Source: Octopus vulgaris (lineage: Eukaryota). Taken from it: DNA of 64,000 bases. The notes below the pieces were generated by a model. That model searched no databases, was not told where the DNA came from, and saw nothing but the letters and a program-made list of their open reading frames with translations. The stretch's first letter is position 1; each line of letters starts with the position of its first letter. Where the stretch lies: NCBI GenBank assembly GCA_951406725.2, contig OX597821.1, positions 7,936,001 to 8,000,000 of the forward strand. The letters are read 5' to 3'. Both the position numbers and the translations under genes were made by a program. This document shows positions 1 to 13,494 of the stretch, piece by piece.

Positions 1-2
1 AG

Positions 3-203
<201 letters not shown>

Positions 204-259
204 TTAATGTTTCATGGGAAGAAAGCAAAAGAAAAGATATGAATCAATGAGGAAATATG

Positions 260-489
260 TTAAACCTTTTGATACCAACCCATCCAAAACTGCCCCTGCG
301 TTTATGATACAAACTTTCTATATAAAGTGACCTAGATTAAAATTTCCCATTAAAACTCCATGTTACTCTATGTTCCATTTACCAGCTTAGTTAATGATCA
401 AGATATTTTAGTACATTCTTTGTTATTTTCAAAATTAACTGAAATAAAGAGGGTGTAATTCAACAGAAATATGGTAAGAAATAGGTTAA
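260..489. mobile_element. piggyBac-like MITE, family 1 (degenerate)
   Basis: ttaa-accttttgatacca ... tggtaagaaataggttaa: TTAA ends with imperfect TIRs. Homologous to 13173-13494. Confidence 0.55.
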
Positions 490-1645
490 AAGAAAACGAA
501 AAAGGGTGGTGGAGGTGAACAGGTGAAAAGAGAATTTATGCCAATGAGGAAATATTATAAAAGAAAGGGAAGGAAAATAAGGTTTTATCAACAATTAGAG
601 GTACAAGAATGACTGAGTGGTTAAGAAGCTCCCATTGCAATCATTTGGTTTCGGGTTCAGTCCCACTGCACAGCATCTTGGGAAAGTGCCTTCTACAATA
701 AATGGCTCTGGGCAGTCCAATGCCTTGTGAGTGAGTTTGGTAAATGGAAACTGTGGGGAAGCCCGTCACAATAGAACATGCAATCTAATGAAACAAGTAA
801 AAGAGATGAAAGAATTCGGTTTATGTTTATTTTGTTATTATCATTTATTTATTTATTGGTTTTTAAATGTTCTGGTCCGAAGGAGGAAAAGAAGCAGTGT
901 TCAAGGGTTTCACAATCTCTCTAAGACCAGAAGAACAAATAATGGTTTGTGTGTTTCAACAACTATAAGCCATCAACTGCACAACATGCGACACTGAAAG
1001 CCCGTCTCTGTATGTTTTTTTCACTGGTTTTGGTCATTGTTGTTCAGCTTTCGAATGTTTTGGCCTATCATATCACAAGCATGGTTATGAGTTCAAGACA
1101 CTTGCTTCCCAATCATGTGGTCTTGATTACAGTCCCACTACATGGTACCTTGGGCAAGTGTCTTCTACTATAACCCTAGACTGACCAAAGCCTTGTGAGT
1201 GGATTTGGTTGACAGAAACTGAAAGAAACCTGCTGTGTGTGTGTGTGTGTGTACACACACCTTTGAATAGACATCTTGTGATGGATGTAAATGAGCATCA
1301 CCGTCATACAACTGGTGTTGTTTGTTTCCAGTCTTCCTTGAAAAGACATGTCTGACCAGGGAGAAATATTATCTTACCTGGAAACAGAAGACGGTTGGCA
1401 ACAGGAAGAGCGTCCAACTGTAGAAAACCTGCCCTAATAAACTCCACCTGACCCATGTGAGCATGAGAGAGTGGATGTTAAATAATGATGATGATATTGA
1501 GCCCTAGTAATTTGTTACATTCATATTTTTAGGATTTCATAAGGGGTCGGAAAACAAGCTGACTCTGACATAAAGGGTGGTTGCTCAGATGGAACTTAAT
1601 ACCACGATGTGTTTCTTTATTCAACACAACAATTTTGCTTCACCA

Positions 1646-1693
<48 letters not shown>

Positions 1694-2302
1694 TGAGAGG
1701 TGAAAACTGCACAGAAGTCATCTGAAGCTTCAGCACAGTTTTCACTTTTCAAGTTCCAAAGTTGATTTTAGGCTATGATAGATGAACTACCCACAGAGCC
1801 ACGCAACAGAATCAAACTCAGAACCCCATTGCAGCAAGTTGAACTCCTCAATCTAAATCCAATGCCTCATAGGGGACAGAAAATAATAGTTGTTTTTGAG
1901 CAGAAATGTGGAACAGACACAAAGCAAAGTGAAGTAGATGCAAACAGTGAGACAAAACAGAAACAGAACTCAACTGAAAACAATCAACAACCTCCACAAT
2001 TATTAAGCCAACACATAAAGAAATAAACTCCCGTAACATATACTCTGCACAGCAAATGGACGAAACACTTAGAATAAGATGAGAAACAACAAAAGGAATC
2101 CCAGAAAATGAATCTCAGAATAAAGCAAAACAAATAATGCATACAAGCACCAACCCAGACACGCCACACACCCAGACAGACAGTGCTATGCACTCTGCTG
2201 AAACAGGGTAGTATAACTGAATTAAGCTTGTAAGAATCTTAGATATAAAAAAAATAAATAAAAATAATAATAATAATAATAATAATGATAATAATAATAA
2301 TA

Positions 2303-2668
2303 AAAATTGAGAAAATGTGGCATCTCAAGGCGGTTACAATACCAGTGATCGTAGGAGCACTAGGAATGATCAAGAAGGGAACCGAAAATTATATGAAAAT
2401 GATCCCTGGCTTACCATCCCTGCAAGAAGTGCAAAATATTGTCTTAACTGGTACATCACACGTATTGAGAAGAGCATTGTCGATGTGAGAACTATTACTA
2501 CCCATGTATTTTAATTTAACTTTAAAAAAAAAAATTTTTTTTTTAAATGAACGAACTAGTGAGTTTAGTTTAATGGTCTACCAATGTATACTATGAGGTT
2601 CTTTGCCATAGGAGTCGGGAAGACACTCGGCAAGAAATGGAAGCAAATTTGAAAGAAGAAAAAAAAAG
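2303..2668 (+). mobile_element. 5'-truncated non-LTR retrotransposon with restriction-like endonuclease (R4/Dong-like), 3' end
   Basis: ORF end IEKMWHLKAVTIPVIVGALGMIKK...LQEVQNIVLTGTSHVLRRALSM is typical of the RLE-LINE C-terminus. It is followed by a 3' UTR and A-rich tail and flanked on both sides by (TAA)n. Confidence 0.8.
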
Positions 2669-2937
2669 ATAATGATAATAATAATAATAATAATAACCAT
2701 CATAATGATGATTTCAAATGTTGGCATAACACCAGCAAGTTCAGGGGAGGGGGTAAGTCGATTACGTATTTTATCAACCCTGCAAAGATGAAAAGCAAAG
2801 TTGGCCTTGGCAGAATTTGAACTCAGAACATAAAGACAGATGAAATTTTGCTAAGCATTTTGCCTGGTGTACCAATCAATGATTCTGCCAGTTCACTGTC
2901 TTGATAATAATAATAATAATAAGAAGAAGAAGAAGAA

Positions 2938-3295
2938 GAAGCACTCAGAGAGTGCAAACCTCCATCAAGGCAACACCAACGTCCTCTCAATGATTAGCCA
3001 GAAATGATTTTTAAAATGAGAATAACTGAAATAAACTTGACTGCTCTCACAAATGAGAATACTAAAAATGAACCCGACTGCACTCAAAAATTAAGTGAAA
3101 AAAGAAGGAAAAATAATCCAGAATCCTTGTCTGGTACCAGATCAATCCCAAAATCTAATCAGTTTGTGCCAGTCACAAGGCCAGACATCCCTGAAAGTTT
3201 CACCTGAATCCACCCAGCGGTTATCTTGTCCATGGACAAACAAACAAACAAACAAACACGACTGAAAATAATGCCTTCACTAAGGCGGAGGTAAT
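2938..3295 (+). mobile_element. Non-autonomous Helentron/HINE-like element
   Basis: Starts gaagcactcagagagtgcaaacctcc, ends with (caaa)n then ggcggaggtaa. Subterminal inverted repeat acctcc(a/g)..c / ggcggaggt. Class assignment is inference from this architecture. Confidence 0.5.
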
Positions 3296-3695
3296 AATAA
3301 TAACAAATTTTGCTACAAGGGCAATCATTTTGGGGGAGGAGATGAGTCAATTACATGGACCTCAGTGTATCACTGGTACTTAATTTATCGATCCCAAAAG
3401 GATGAAAGGCAAAGTCAACCTTAGAGGAATTTAAACTCAGAAAACAGTGACAGACGAAATACCACTAAGCATTTCTCCCAAAATGCTAACGATTCTGCCA
3501 GCTTGCCGCCTTAATAATAATCCTTTCTACTAATGGCATAAGGCCTGAAATTTGGGGGGAGGAAATACACTGATTACATTGACCCCAGTGCAAAATACTG
3601 CTAAGCATTTTGCCTGGCATGTTAATGATTCAGCCAGCTTGCTGCCCTAATAACAATAATAATAATCCAAACAAATAGTGTGAATTCTAGACTCA

Positions 3696-3905
<210 letters not shown>

Positions 3906-5039
3906 TTAACAGAGCACTTTCACGGTTTGTTAAATAATATTTATCTATATACTATCAATAGAAACCAAATGAAACAAGATATTACAAGAAATAGTTACAA
4001 AAGCAATATAGTAAAAACAAAAGGAAAAAACAGGATATCCTCTTTTTTCCTCCTTTGAACTGCAAATAGCAATTTTTACAAAATAGCAGCAAATTGTATA
4101 AAAATACTTCAGGACATCACTTTGATAGAAATCAATATATTCTTTAATACAAGCTTTTCTCATGGTTCTCTTCAAACAAACTGTAGAAATATGCAGAAGA
4201 AAATATAAATAATGTAAAGTAAATTTACTGATTTTTATTTGAACTCAAATTCAGTTCAGATTCATATCCTCTCTCCTACCGTTAGGGTTAATAATATAAA
4301 TGATGTACTAATTATGTGTGTATTAATATAGTGGCCTTGTGAATATGAGACTCGTTTTGTTACCAAATGATTGTAAGTTCTATCTCACAGCATAGAGTGA
4401 AATTGGTAGACAGGTATGGTCTAAGCACATGGGTGATAGGAGCAGGTGTGGCTGTGTGTTAAGAAGCTTGCTTCCCAACTACATAGCTTTGCTTTCAGTC
4501 CCACTGCATGGCACCTTGGGTGTCTGCTACTATAGTCCAAGGCTAACCTAAGCCTTGGAATGGATTTGGTAGATGGAAACTGAAAGTCTATCATGTGTGT
4601 GTGTGTACGTGTCTCCTTGCCATGACATTGTGGAATAGCTGTAAGCAAGTGTCACTGTTATGTATGGAGTATTATTAGTGTCTAATCTTTTGTGAAAACA
4701 TGTCAAGTCATGGGGAAATAATATACTTTGCTTGGAAACTGGTGAGGATTGCTAACAAGTAAGGCATCCAGCCATAGAAAATCTGCCTCAATAAATTCTG
4801 TTTGGCCTATGTGAGCATGGGAAAGTGAACATTAAAACAATGATGTTGAACCTGTATGGAAACCTGGCAGGTGAATGCTCATGTGTGTGTATCTAAGTAT
4901 GTATTTATGTGTTGTGGGCACAGGAGTATCAGTGTAACTTTATAATTTGTACTTTCCAAGAAAGTGTTGAGCTAAGAAGTGGTAACATTTGCTGAGGTGC
5001 CTGGTCAAAGACATCATTTGTCAGAGTTGCGGTATGGCC

Positions 5040-5345
5040 TTCAGTTAGGTGAACATAGGAGGCAAATGAGAGGAAGAGAAATACATATTCTAAGCTAGTT
5101 TGCAGACCAATCTCCCTGCAAAGCTTCAACATGCTGGGCTCATAGAAACCAGGAAGTGGAAGGCTAAGACGTTGGCTGTGGATTAGGAAGTGTGAGCTCC
5201 TGGAAGAGGAAGTGGTGCCAGGGGTAGTGCTAATTGGACACAAACTGACTTTTGATCAACCTTGGTTGAGTCACTTGGGTGGGGGTGTCTGGTGTTGAAA
5301 GACCCTAAACAATGATCCCAAGAGACATCACAGGATGACACATGG
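5040..5345 (+). mobile_element. Degenerate 3' fragment of an RLE-type LINE (HERO/NeSL-like)
   Basis: Remnant RRWLWIRK peptide at about 5167-5190, followed by a 3' UTR-like gatcaaccttggttgagtcacttgggtgggggtgtctggtgttgaaagaccc. Recognised by pattern only. Confidence 0.4.
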
Positions 5346-7376
5346 AAAATATATATCTAGGAAACTGAACTGTAGGTCTGACCTTGTCTTTTAACCAACA
5401 ATCATTGTGCCACAAAACTGCTAAATCAGGGCTGTCCCAGAGCTACATCACCATCACCTCCACTAACAACATCCTAAGAAGCCACAAGCCCCAGTTCAGC
5501 TTCCTCAAAGAAGATCTATGATTACAGGCATTCAAGACATGATCATTCCATCCTTATCTTGAACATTACCTATTTAAATCCACATAATCCAATGTGTCCT
5601 TCACTTTTGGGCCATATCTGGCTCAAATATTCTGTATTCTGTTTTAGGTTTAAACTGACCATATCTGGCCTCTCACACCTACTCTGCAATGCCATTCTAA
5701 AAATAACAACTGCACCATTGAAATCTTGAAGCTTTGAAATAATGAATGGTAAATTCAAAACCATATGAATAAACAAGCATTACATTAGACAGAGTAATCT
5801 GAATATTAAACAGTTACACTTTCCTGCTGGATTCCCAAGTACGACCAACTTAACAAACTAAAAAATGAGACAGTCACCTGAATAGAGGAAGGCCTTTGTC
5901 TATTTAGGGTTCTGACCTTGAGTGAAACGACAACCGCAACATTTACTGAAGGTGTGGTTTATGGAACCAAGAACCCGCATTACTAGAATATAAATACATT
6001 ACAAAACCCACTAATAAATTAGTTCCTCTAAGATTGCAGCTGACATCTAACACTTAACAAGCTGAAAATAAAACTTCATCAGGAGATTAGCACAAGAGGA
6101 AGATGAAGAAGATGAAGACGATGAGGTATATCAAAAATATAACTGGGGTAGAAACAGCAGAAACTCTTCATGTTGAAGTAGAATGTTTAATAAAGTGTCT
6201 AAGTACATCAAGTAGTGAAGTAAAGCTGTTTCGGGTATCTCGTTTCTAATACATATCAACTTCAGTTAAAGAATACCAAAGGCAACACCCAAAACAACTA
6301 TCAGTAAACTATCTTTCCACTTCTATTTATTTTATTTGTTTTTATCTAAATAGAGATGTTGGATTGCCAGAAGTAAGTGAAGAGGGTTTCCTGTTTTGCA
6401 TTGATGAAGGAAAACTCAGTAATGTACAAAGACGCAGCACGTATGAGATAGTGACCAGCTGGATCTTACTGAGTAACATAATGAACTAAATAGAGAACAT
6501 AATGAACTAGTGGAATATTAATAGAAAGTCCATGGCTGATAAATCTCTTCACTCTTTTACTTGTATCAGTCATTTGACTGTGGCCATGCTGGAGCAGCGC
6601 CTTTAGTCGAGCAAATCGACCCCGGGACTTATTCTTTTGTAAGCCCAGTACTTATTCTATCGATCTCTTTTGCCGAACCGCTAAGTTACGAGGACTTACA
6701 CACACACACACAGGTGCTGGTGTCACTTAAAAAGCACCTGTACTAGTACTGCATAAATGCACCCGTGCAGGTGATGTGTAAAAAGCACCCAGCACACTCT
6801 GTGAAGTGGTTGGCATTAGGAAGGGCATCCAGCTGTAGAAATCATACCACAGCAAACAGTTGGAATCTGGATAGCCCCCTGCTAGCTAGCTCCATGTCAA
6901 ACCATCCAATCCATGCTAATATGATGATGATGATGATTTTAATGTAAACTTTCCCATCCTTGCATGGGTCAGGCAAAAAAATCCTTGAAGCAGATTTTCT
7001 ACAATCAGATGCTCTTCCTGTTGCCAACCTTCACCTGTTCCCAAGCCAAGTGATACTTCCCTAGTCCTTCGAACATGATAAGCACAATGGCTGGCTGTAC
7101 ATCCTTAAAGGAGGAAAACCAAATGACATTGATACCTGTTCACACTTAACATGTAGCGTCAAAATAGGGAGACACAGGAGAGTTTGACCATTTTAATTAT
7201 TTCAAAAAACAGCACAACTATTATTTTACTGATTACAATCTCTCTCAAATGTCACTTATTCAAGACATGTTTTTGTATAGCCATGTAGTTGGCTAAACAA
7301 TGGATAAATGAAAACACAACTTGCATTCAAGTTGCACCAGAAAAAGATTGAAAACAATCAAAACAGCCTCTCTTTC

Positions 7377-7769
7377 CTCTTTTACTTGTTTCAGTCATTT
7401 GACTGTGGCCATGCTGGAGCACCGCCTTTAGTCGAGCAACTCGACCCCGGGACTTATTCTTTTGTAAGCCCAGTACTTATTCTATCAATCTCTTTTGCCG
7501 AACCGCTAAGTTACGAGGACGTAAACACACCAGCATCGGTTGTCAAGCAATGCTAGGGGGAGAAACACACATACACAAACATATATATCTACATATACAT
7601 ACATACGACGGGCTTCTTTCAGTTTCCGTCTACCAAATCCACTCACAAGGCTTTGGTCGGCCCGAGGCTATAGTAGAAGACACTTGCCCAAGGTGCCACG
7701 CAGTGGGACTGAACCCGGAACCATGTGGTTGGTAAACAAGCTACTTACCACACAGCCACTCCTGCGCCT
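7377..7769 (-). mobile_element. Young tRNA-derived SINE (family A, octopus-type), full length
   Basis: On minus: A box tggctgtgtgg, B box ggttcagtccc, central (TA/TG)n, 3' end gactgaaacaagtaaaagag. Many near-identical copies occur in the window. Confidence 0.9.
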
Positions 7770-7819
7770 ATATATATATATATATCACATATATCATTTT
7801 ATATATATAAAAATATGTA

Positions 7820-7997
7820 TGACAACTGATGCTGGTGTGTTTACGTCCCCGTCACTTAGCGGTTCGGCAAAAGGAGACCGATAGAATGAGTACTGGGCTT
7901 ACAAAGAATAAGTCCCGGGGTCGAGTTGCTCGACTAAAGGCGGTGCTCCAGCATGGCCGCAGTCAACTGACTGAAACAAGTAAAAGAGTAAAGAGTA
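7820..7997 (+). mobile_element. SINE family A 3' half, inverted relative to the adjacent copy
   Basis: Reverse complement of about 7377-7545. Confidence 0.85.
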
Positions 7998-8933
7998 TAT
8001 ATATATATATGTCAGGCTTCTGCACAGTTTGTCTACTAAATCCACTTGTGAAGCATTGGCTTTTGTAGAAGACTCTTGCCTTAAGTGCTGAGCAGTAGGA
8101 AAGAACTTGAAATGAGAAAGTCATGAAACAAATTTCTTCTTATCTCCACAAGCATGCCTGCATCCATGCAGCATTATCGTTATGTTCTTATGTTATCTAA
8201 GTGTATTTTTTTGCTAATGACATCCACATTGAGCTGACGTCAGTTCGAGGCTTTACTGAGTTATCAGCAATGTCCTATATGTATGGCTTCTTTAATTTTG
8301 CAAAGTTTCCTCTTTGGCTCTTCATCAATTATGAAATTGTCATTCTATAGCAACATATAATTTCCTTTCATAAAAGCCCTGTTTTGTATTAATTATCATT
8401 GATGTATATTGGCAAACGATAAAAATATTGTCAAGAAAAAAAGACAAAAAATATTGTTAAGAAAAAAAAAAAATGGTAACACTTTCTTGCCATTTTTCTA
8501 CTCAGAAATGGAGAACCAGTGATTGGTGCATTGGAAACCTGTAACCACTGGAGATATTCTTCACAAATTGTGATATAGATGATTAAAAATCTTCTGCACT
8601 TCATTCTTTCAGGGTTGATGAAATAAGTACCAGTAGAACACTAGGGGTCAATGCAATTGACTAGCCCCTTCCCTAAATTTAAGGCCTTGTGCTTACAGTG
8701 GGAAATATTTTTATTATTATTAACTAAAGCAGCAAACTGGCAGAATCATTAGCACACCAGGTATTTCATCTATCTTTACATTCTGAGTTCAAATTCCACC
8801 AAAGTCAACTTTGCCTTTTATCCTTTTGGGGTCAGTGAAATAAGTACTCTCCCCTAAAATATCAAGCCTATAGTAGAAAGGATTATTTATTATTAACAAC
8901 TCATCTCAAATACTTAGGCATCTGGTTCTACAT

Positions 8934-9160
8934 TTAACCCTTTAGCATTTAATCCGGCCATAACCGGCCCAAATATTCCACCTGTTTTATGTTAAAACTG
9001 TCTGGATCCAACTTCTCACACCTACCCTACTATGTCATTTTAAAAATATATAGCCACACCATTTAAATTTTGAGGTTGCAAAATAATGTGATTAATTCAA
9101 AACAGTATGAATTAAATAAGCAATAAATTTCACAAAGAAATCTGAATGCTAAAGGGTTAA
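8934..9160. mobile_element. piggyBac-like MITE, family 2
   Basis: TTAA + ccctttagcatt ... aatgctaaaggg + TTAA: perfect 12-bp TIR with TTAA target site. Further copies at about 5570-5815, 10782-10990, 13495-13674 and a partial at 43540-43639. Confidence 0.8.
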
Positions 9161-9908
9161 AGGTCAATAAAATTAAGTATTAGTCAAGCACTAAGGTTTA
9201 GCTTGCTTCCTAACCATGTGGTCTCGGGTTCAGTGGTACCTTGGGCAAGTGTCTACTACAGCTCTGAGCTAACTAAAGCCTAGTGAATGGATGAGTTGAT
9301 TTGTACTGAAACAGGCCTGTGATCTGTGTGGTTATATGTCCCTTCATCTTGACATCATCTGATGGCCATAAACAAGCATTGTTGAAATAATAAGAACTTA
9401 ATAAAGAAAAAGGTGAACTTAAGAATTACACGGGTATTGTGTTCTTACTAATTTTTTTATGTATAATTGTTCTAGGAGTCATCATCATCATCATTTAGCA
9501 TCCGTTTTCCATGCTAGCATGGGTTGGACAGTTCAACTGGGGTCTGTGAAGCCGGAAGGCTTCATCAGGCCCAGTCAGATCTGGCAGTGTTTCTACGGCT
9601 GGATGCCCTTCCTAACGCCAAAAGCCCTTCCTAATGCCATGTCTATTTAAAACATAACTCTTTTTCTTTATTAAGTTCTTATTTTTTCTTATTGTGCTAT
9701 TGATGAGTACTCTTTGACAACTCGGATTCTTAAAATGAATTTATTGTCTTTCTGTATGAAACGATCAGCTAGTGAATTGAATAAATATTTTATCCCATAT
9801 TAACACCTAATCTCCTCCATTTATGAAGAATATGATTGAATTTGTCAAACTTCATTCTATAACTTAAATCATATACTTAATATACTTTTATTTATATATA
9901 TAGATATA

Positions 9909-10350
9909 TCATCGTTTAGCGTCCGTTCTCCATGCTAGCATGGGTTGGACGGTTCGACCAGGGATCTGGGAAGCCAGAAGGCTGCACCAGGCTCCAGTCT
10001 CATCTGGCAGTGTTTCTACAGCTGGATGCCCTTCCTAACGCCAACCACTCCGTGAGTGTAGTGGGTGCTTTTTACGTGCCACCCGCACAGGTGCCAGACG
10101 GAGCTGGCAAACAGCCACGGATGGATTGGTGCATTTTACGTGCCACCGGCACGGAAGCCAGTCAAGGCGGCACTGGCATTGGTCACAATTCAGATGGTGC
10201 TTTTTACGTGCCACCGGCACGGAAGCCAGTCGAGGGAGTGCAGGCATCGGCCATGATTCGGATAGTGCTTTTTACGTACCACCAGTCCAGGGGTCCTGGC
10301 ATCTGCCGGGTGCCAGTCATAGGATTGGTTCAATTTCGATTCCACTTGCC
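9909..10350 (-). mobile_element. Retroposon family B with RTE-like (GAT)n 3' tail and internal ~60-bp tandem units
   Basis: On minus: ttggcgttaggaagggcatccagc...catgctagcatgg..agcggacgctaaacgatgat tail; repeated ggtgctttttacgtgccaccggcac units. Other copies at 23631-23985(-), 26027-26280(+), 26535-26891(+), 27948-28197(-), 44341-44720(-), 56121-56390(-). Confidence 0.8.
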
Positions 10351-12721
10351 CCATATATATATAGTAGAATAATAAACAAAAAAGAAAAGGAGGAGAACTT
10401 CTTACAATGCAAGGAAGAAAGTTGAGCAAACTTTATATGCTTCGGGCACAAAAGCCCTACCATCAAAAGAATATGGTTAAGAAATGTCACATATCTAGGG
10501 CTGACTAAACATCAACAATAACTACAGCTTTGCAGAAGAAGGAGACTGACAGACATTATATTGAGATTGTGGATCCAGATTCCTAACACTAATTAAACCC
10601 TAGAAGTAATCACAGCTATGAGAAACCTAATACATGTTTCTAAAACAGATGTTATCTGATTCTAAGAAGTAAATAATCTGTCACCTTTTTTTTTTTTAGC
10701 TTTTTTACCTTGCTTAGCCTAGAAGGAAAATCAGTACCAGTGTCCTTTGCAGGCCCTCTGAGACTAGTGACACTGATACTGTTAAACCATTAGCATTTAA
10801 ACCAGTCATACCAGGCCAAAATAGTCTACTAGTTTTATGTTCAAAGCAGCCAGATCCAGCCTTTCACACACATCATACAAAATATCATGCTAAAAATAAA
10901 CAATCACATCATCGAAATCTCAAAGCCATGAGATAATGGGTTTGAATAATCATTACATATGACAGAGTAATCTGAATCCTAAAGGGTTAATTCTCTGTTT
11001 AAATACTTGCAGGAAAGAGATTCCAGAAGGGTGATGTTCTAAGGAGGAACAACTGGGAACAGTGGTTAGTGCAGGACTAGAGGCGGGGGGGAGGGACAGG
11101 GCAGGGTTTGACTGAATGTAATAAGGGTGATGAAAGGTGGAGAGACAAGTGGGTTGTAAGGACAGAAAAGACAGAAGAGGAGAGACAGTACATGTGTGGC
11201 CCAGAGGCCGGAACATATCTGCTAGTGACTGAATGCCAATGAATCAAGTGGCCCTTCTCCAGATGTAGTCCGTGATGTCTGTGTATTGAGGGCAGCACTG
11301 CCCCAACTGTGGGAGCAACATTCTATTGAGTCCTATGTTAACTGTGTGGATTCTTGGTCAGTTTCAACAATGTGTGTTCAGTTATTTGAACAAATACATT
11401 TCTATTTGTGAAATTTACATATAGTGGCTGAGTATTCCATAGGCATGTATATGATTAACCAAACTCTGAAACCAAATCAGTGTAACATAATGTAACAAGA
11501 CTGGATGTTGAATTACATGTATGAACCAGAAAAAACAGAAAAAGAGAGAGATACAGAAAGAGAGGGCGGAGGGGGGGGGACCATCCCCACTACTAGATTA
11601 GTACTTTACTAATTGATCTCGAAAAAAAAAATGAAACACAAAGTTGAACATAACAGGATTTGAACCGAAAACCGAGAAAGCCAGAACAAATACTGCAACG
11701 CATTCCAGACAACACAATAATGTCTCTGCCAATTCCCCACCCTAGCATACCATAAACACCCTAATGTTAAACAAACAAAATAAACAAAAGAAGTATAAAA
11801 CAAAAGTCATTTATTTACTCAGAATTTAGTTTTGATAAAATCCAATAAATATTTTTTAAATAGTTTCAAACATCCTTAAAAATGGAATTGGGAGTTGTTT
11901 AAAATGGAAAATTATCAGTTGGAGATTAAGGAAGATAAAATAAAAATTAAATAATACTTAAGTTAGAAAATAAACAATCCATAATCATGGCTGTGTGGTT
12001 AAGGAGTCTGCTTTGCAACATCAGGGTTTTGAGTTCAGTCCCACTGTGCAGAAATTTCAAACATGTGTTTTCCTCTATAGGCCTGGGACAACCAATGCCT
12101 TGTGATGGAAGTGGTAGATAGAATGTATAGAAGCCAAGTGTGTGTGTGTGTATGTACATGCGTGCATGCATGTGTGTGTGAGTGTTGCCGGTTGCATGCC
12201 CTTTCTGTTGCCAACCCTCACTTCTCAGTAAGTCAATATTTTCCCATAACTAGACATGTTTTTCACAAAAGACTGGAAATGAAAATACTGCTTGTATGAC
12301 AGTGATGTGATGTCCAGACAATAATAACTATCATTTTAAATGTTTAGATAACTGTATACACACACACACACACACACACACTCACACATGATGGACTTCT
12401 TTCAGTTCCACTCACAAGGCTTTGGTCAGCCTGATGCTACAATAGAAGACACTCAAGTGCCATGCAGTGGGAATGAACCCAAGACTACATGGTTGGGAAG
12501 CAAGCTTCTTAGCCACACACAAATGTATATGAATGGATATATGCATGAATGTTGACATTCGATGACTTCACTTGTCACCTTCTGAACATAGCAGTAATGT
12601 TGAGATACTTTGTTGGCATGACAACTAGTCATTCTGAGTTTTCAAAGAACAAGGAAATTAAATTAAAAAAACCATATTTGAAAAACTCAAGTCATAGAAG
12701 CACTGCTAAGAAAAAACTGAC

Positions 12722-13125
12722 AAGTGGCTGTGTGGTAAGTAGCTTGCTTACCAACAACATGGTTCCGGGTTCAGTCCAACTGTGTGGCACTTTGGGCAAG
12801 TGTCTTCTACTATAGCCTCAGGCCGACCAAAGCCTTGTGAGCAGATTTGGTAGACGGAAACTGAAAAGAAGCCTGTTGTATATATGCATATGTATGTATA
12901 TCTATATGTGGTGTGTGTTTGTGTGTCTATGTTTGTCCCCCCAACATCACTTGACAACCAATGCTGGTGTGTTTACGTCCCTGTAACTTAGCGGTTTGGC
13001 AAAAGAGACCGAAAGAATAAGTACTAGGCTTAAAAAGAAAAAGTCCAGAGGTCGATTTGCTCAACTAAAGGCGGTGCTCCAGCATGGCCACAGTCAAAAT
13101 GACTGAAACATGTAAAAAGAGTAAA
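12722..13125 (+). mobile_element. tRNA-derived SINE family A, full length
   Basis: A and B boxes plus the same body as 7377-7769. Confidence 0.88.
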
Positions 13126-13172
13126 AAAAAGAAGAAAAAAAAAGAGTATCAATCTTAAGTAACACACGCCTT

Positions 13173-13494
13173 TTAACCCTTTCGATACCAACCCACCTAA
13201 GACTGCTCCAGGTTCTATTGTATCAGGACAACTACCCCCGAGGACAATTACCCCCTTACCAATATATTAAGAAGTTTTGAATCATCATCTGTTGTTCTCA
13301 GGAGTAATTGTCCTTGCAGGGTTATTGTCCATGGCAGGTAAATGCTTTAAAGTCAACTAAATTATCATCTTCCATCAAAATTTATGCTAATTTGTTCCAG
13401 ACACCAGCTTAATAATGAGGAAGTTATTTTACCAAATTCTTCCTCATTTTAAAAGCAGCATATGTTGACAGAAATATGGTAACAAAAGGGTTAA
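13173..13494. mobile_element. piggyBac-like MITE family 1 carrying a nested insertion
   Basis: ttaa-ccctttcgatacca ... tggtaacaaaaggg-ttaa. Internal insert at about 13222-13345 with ggacaa(c/t)taccccc and ttgtcc subrepeats. Confidence 0.7.

Noticed and set aside
1775-2026. 83-aa Q/N/E-rich ORF
   Set aside because: No recognisable domain or splice signals; possibly a decayed LINE 5' region, but unsupported.
6220-6268. Additional hammerhead on minus (ctgaagtt...cccgaaacagc)
   Set aside because: Core is broken and no stem I or II pairing was found.
7690-7769. tRNA gene (A and B boxes)
   Set aside because: It is the tRNA-derived head of a SINE; no complete cloverleaf or terminator is evident.
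7308-8068. Recurring ORFs such as FQSFDCGHAGAPP, EDTCPRCHAVGLNP and LDALPNANH
   Set aside because: Translations of SINE and retroposon copies, not genes. YIYI, CVCV and HTHT ORFs are microsatellites.
10064-10280. Repeat-spacer pattern (ggtgctttttacgtgccaccggcac) resembling CRISPR
   Set aside because: The spacers are homologous to each other and the array is part of a dispersed retroposon.
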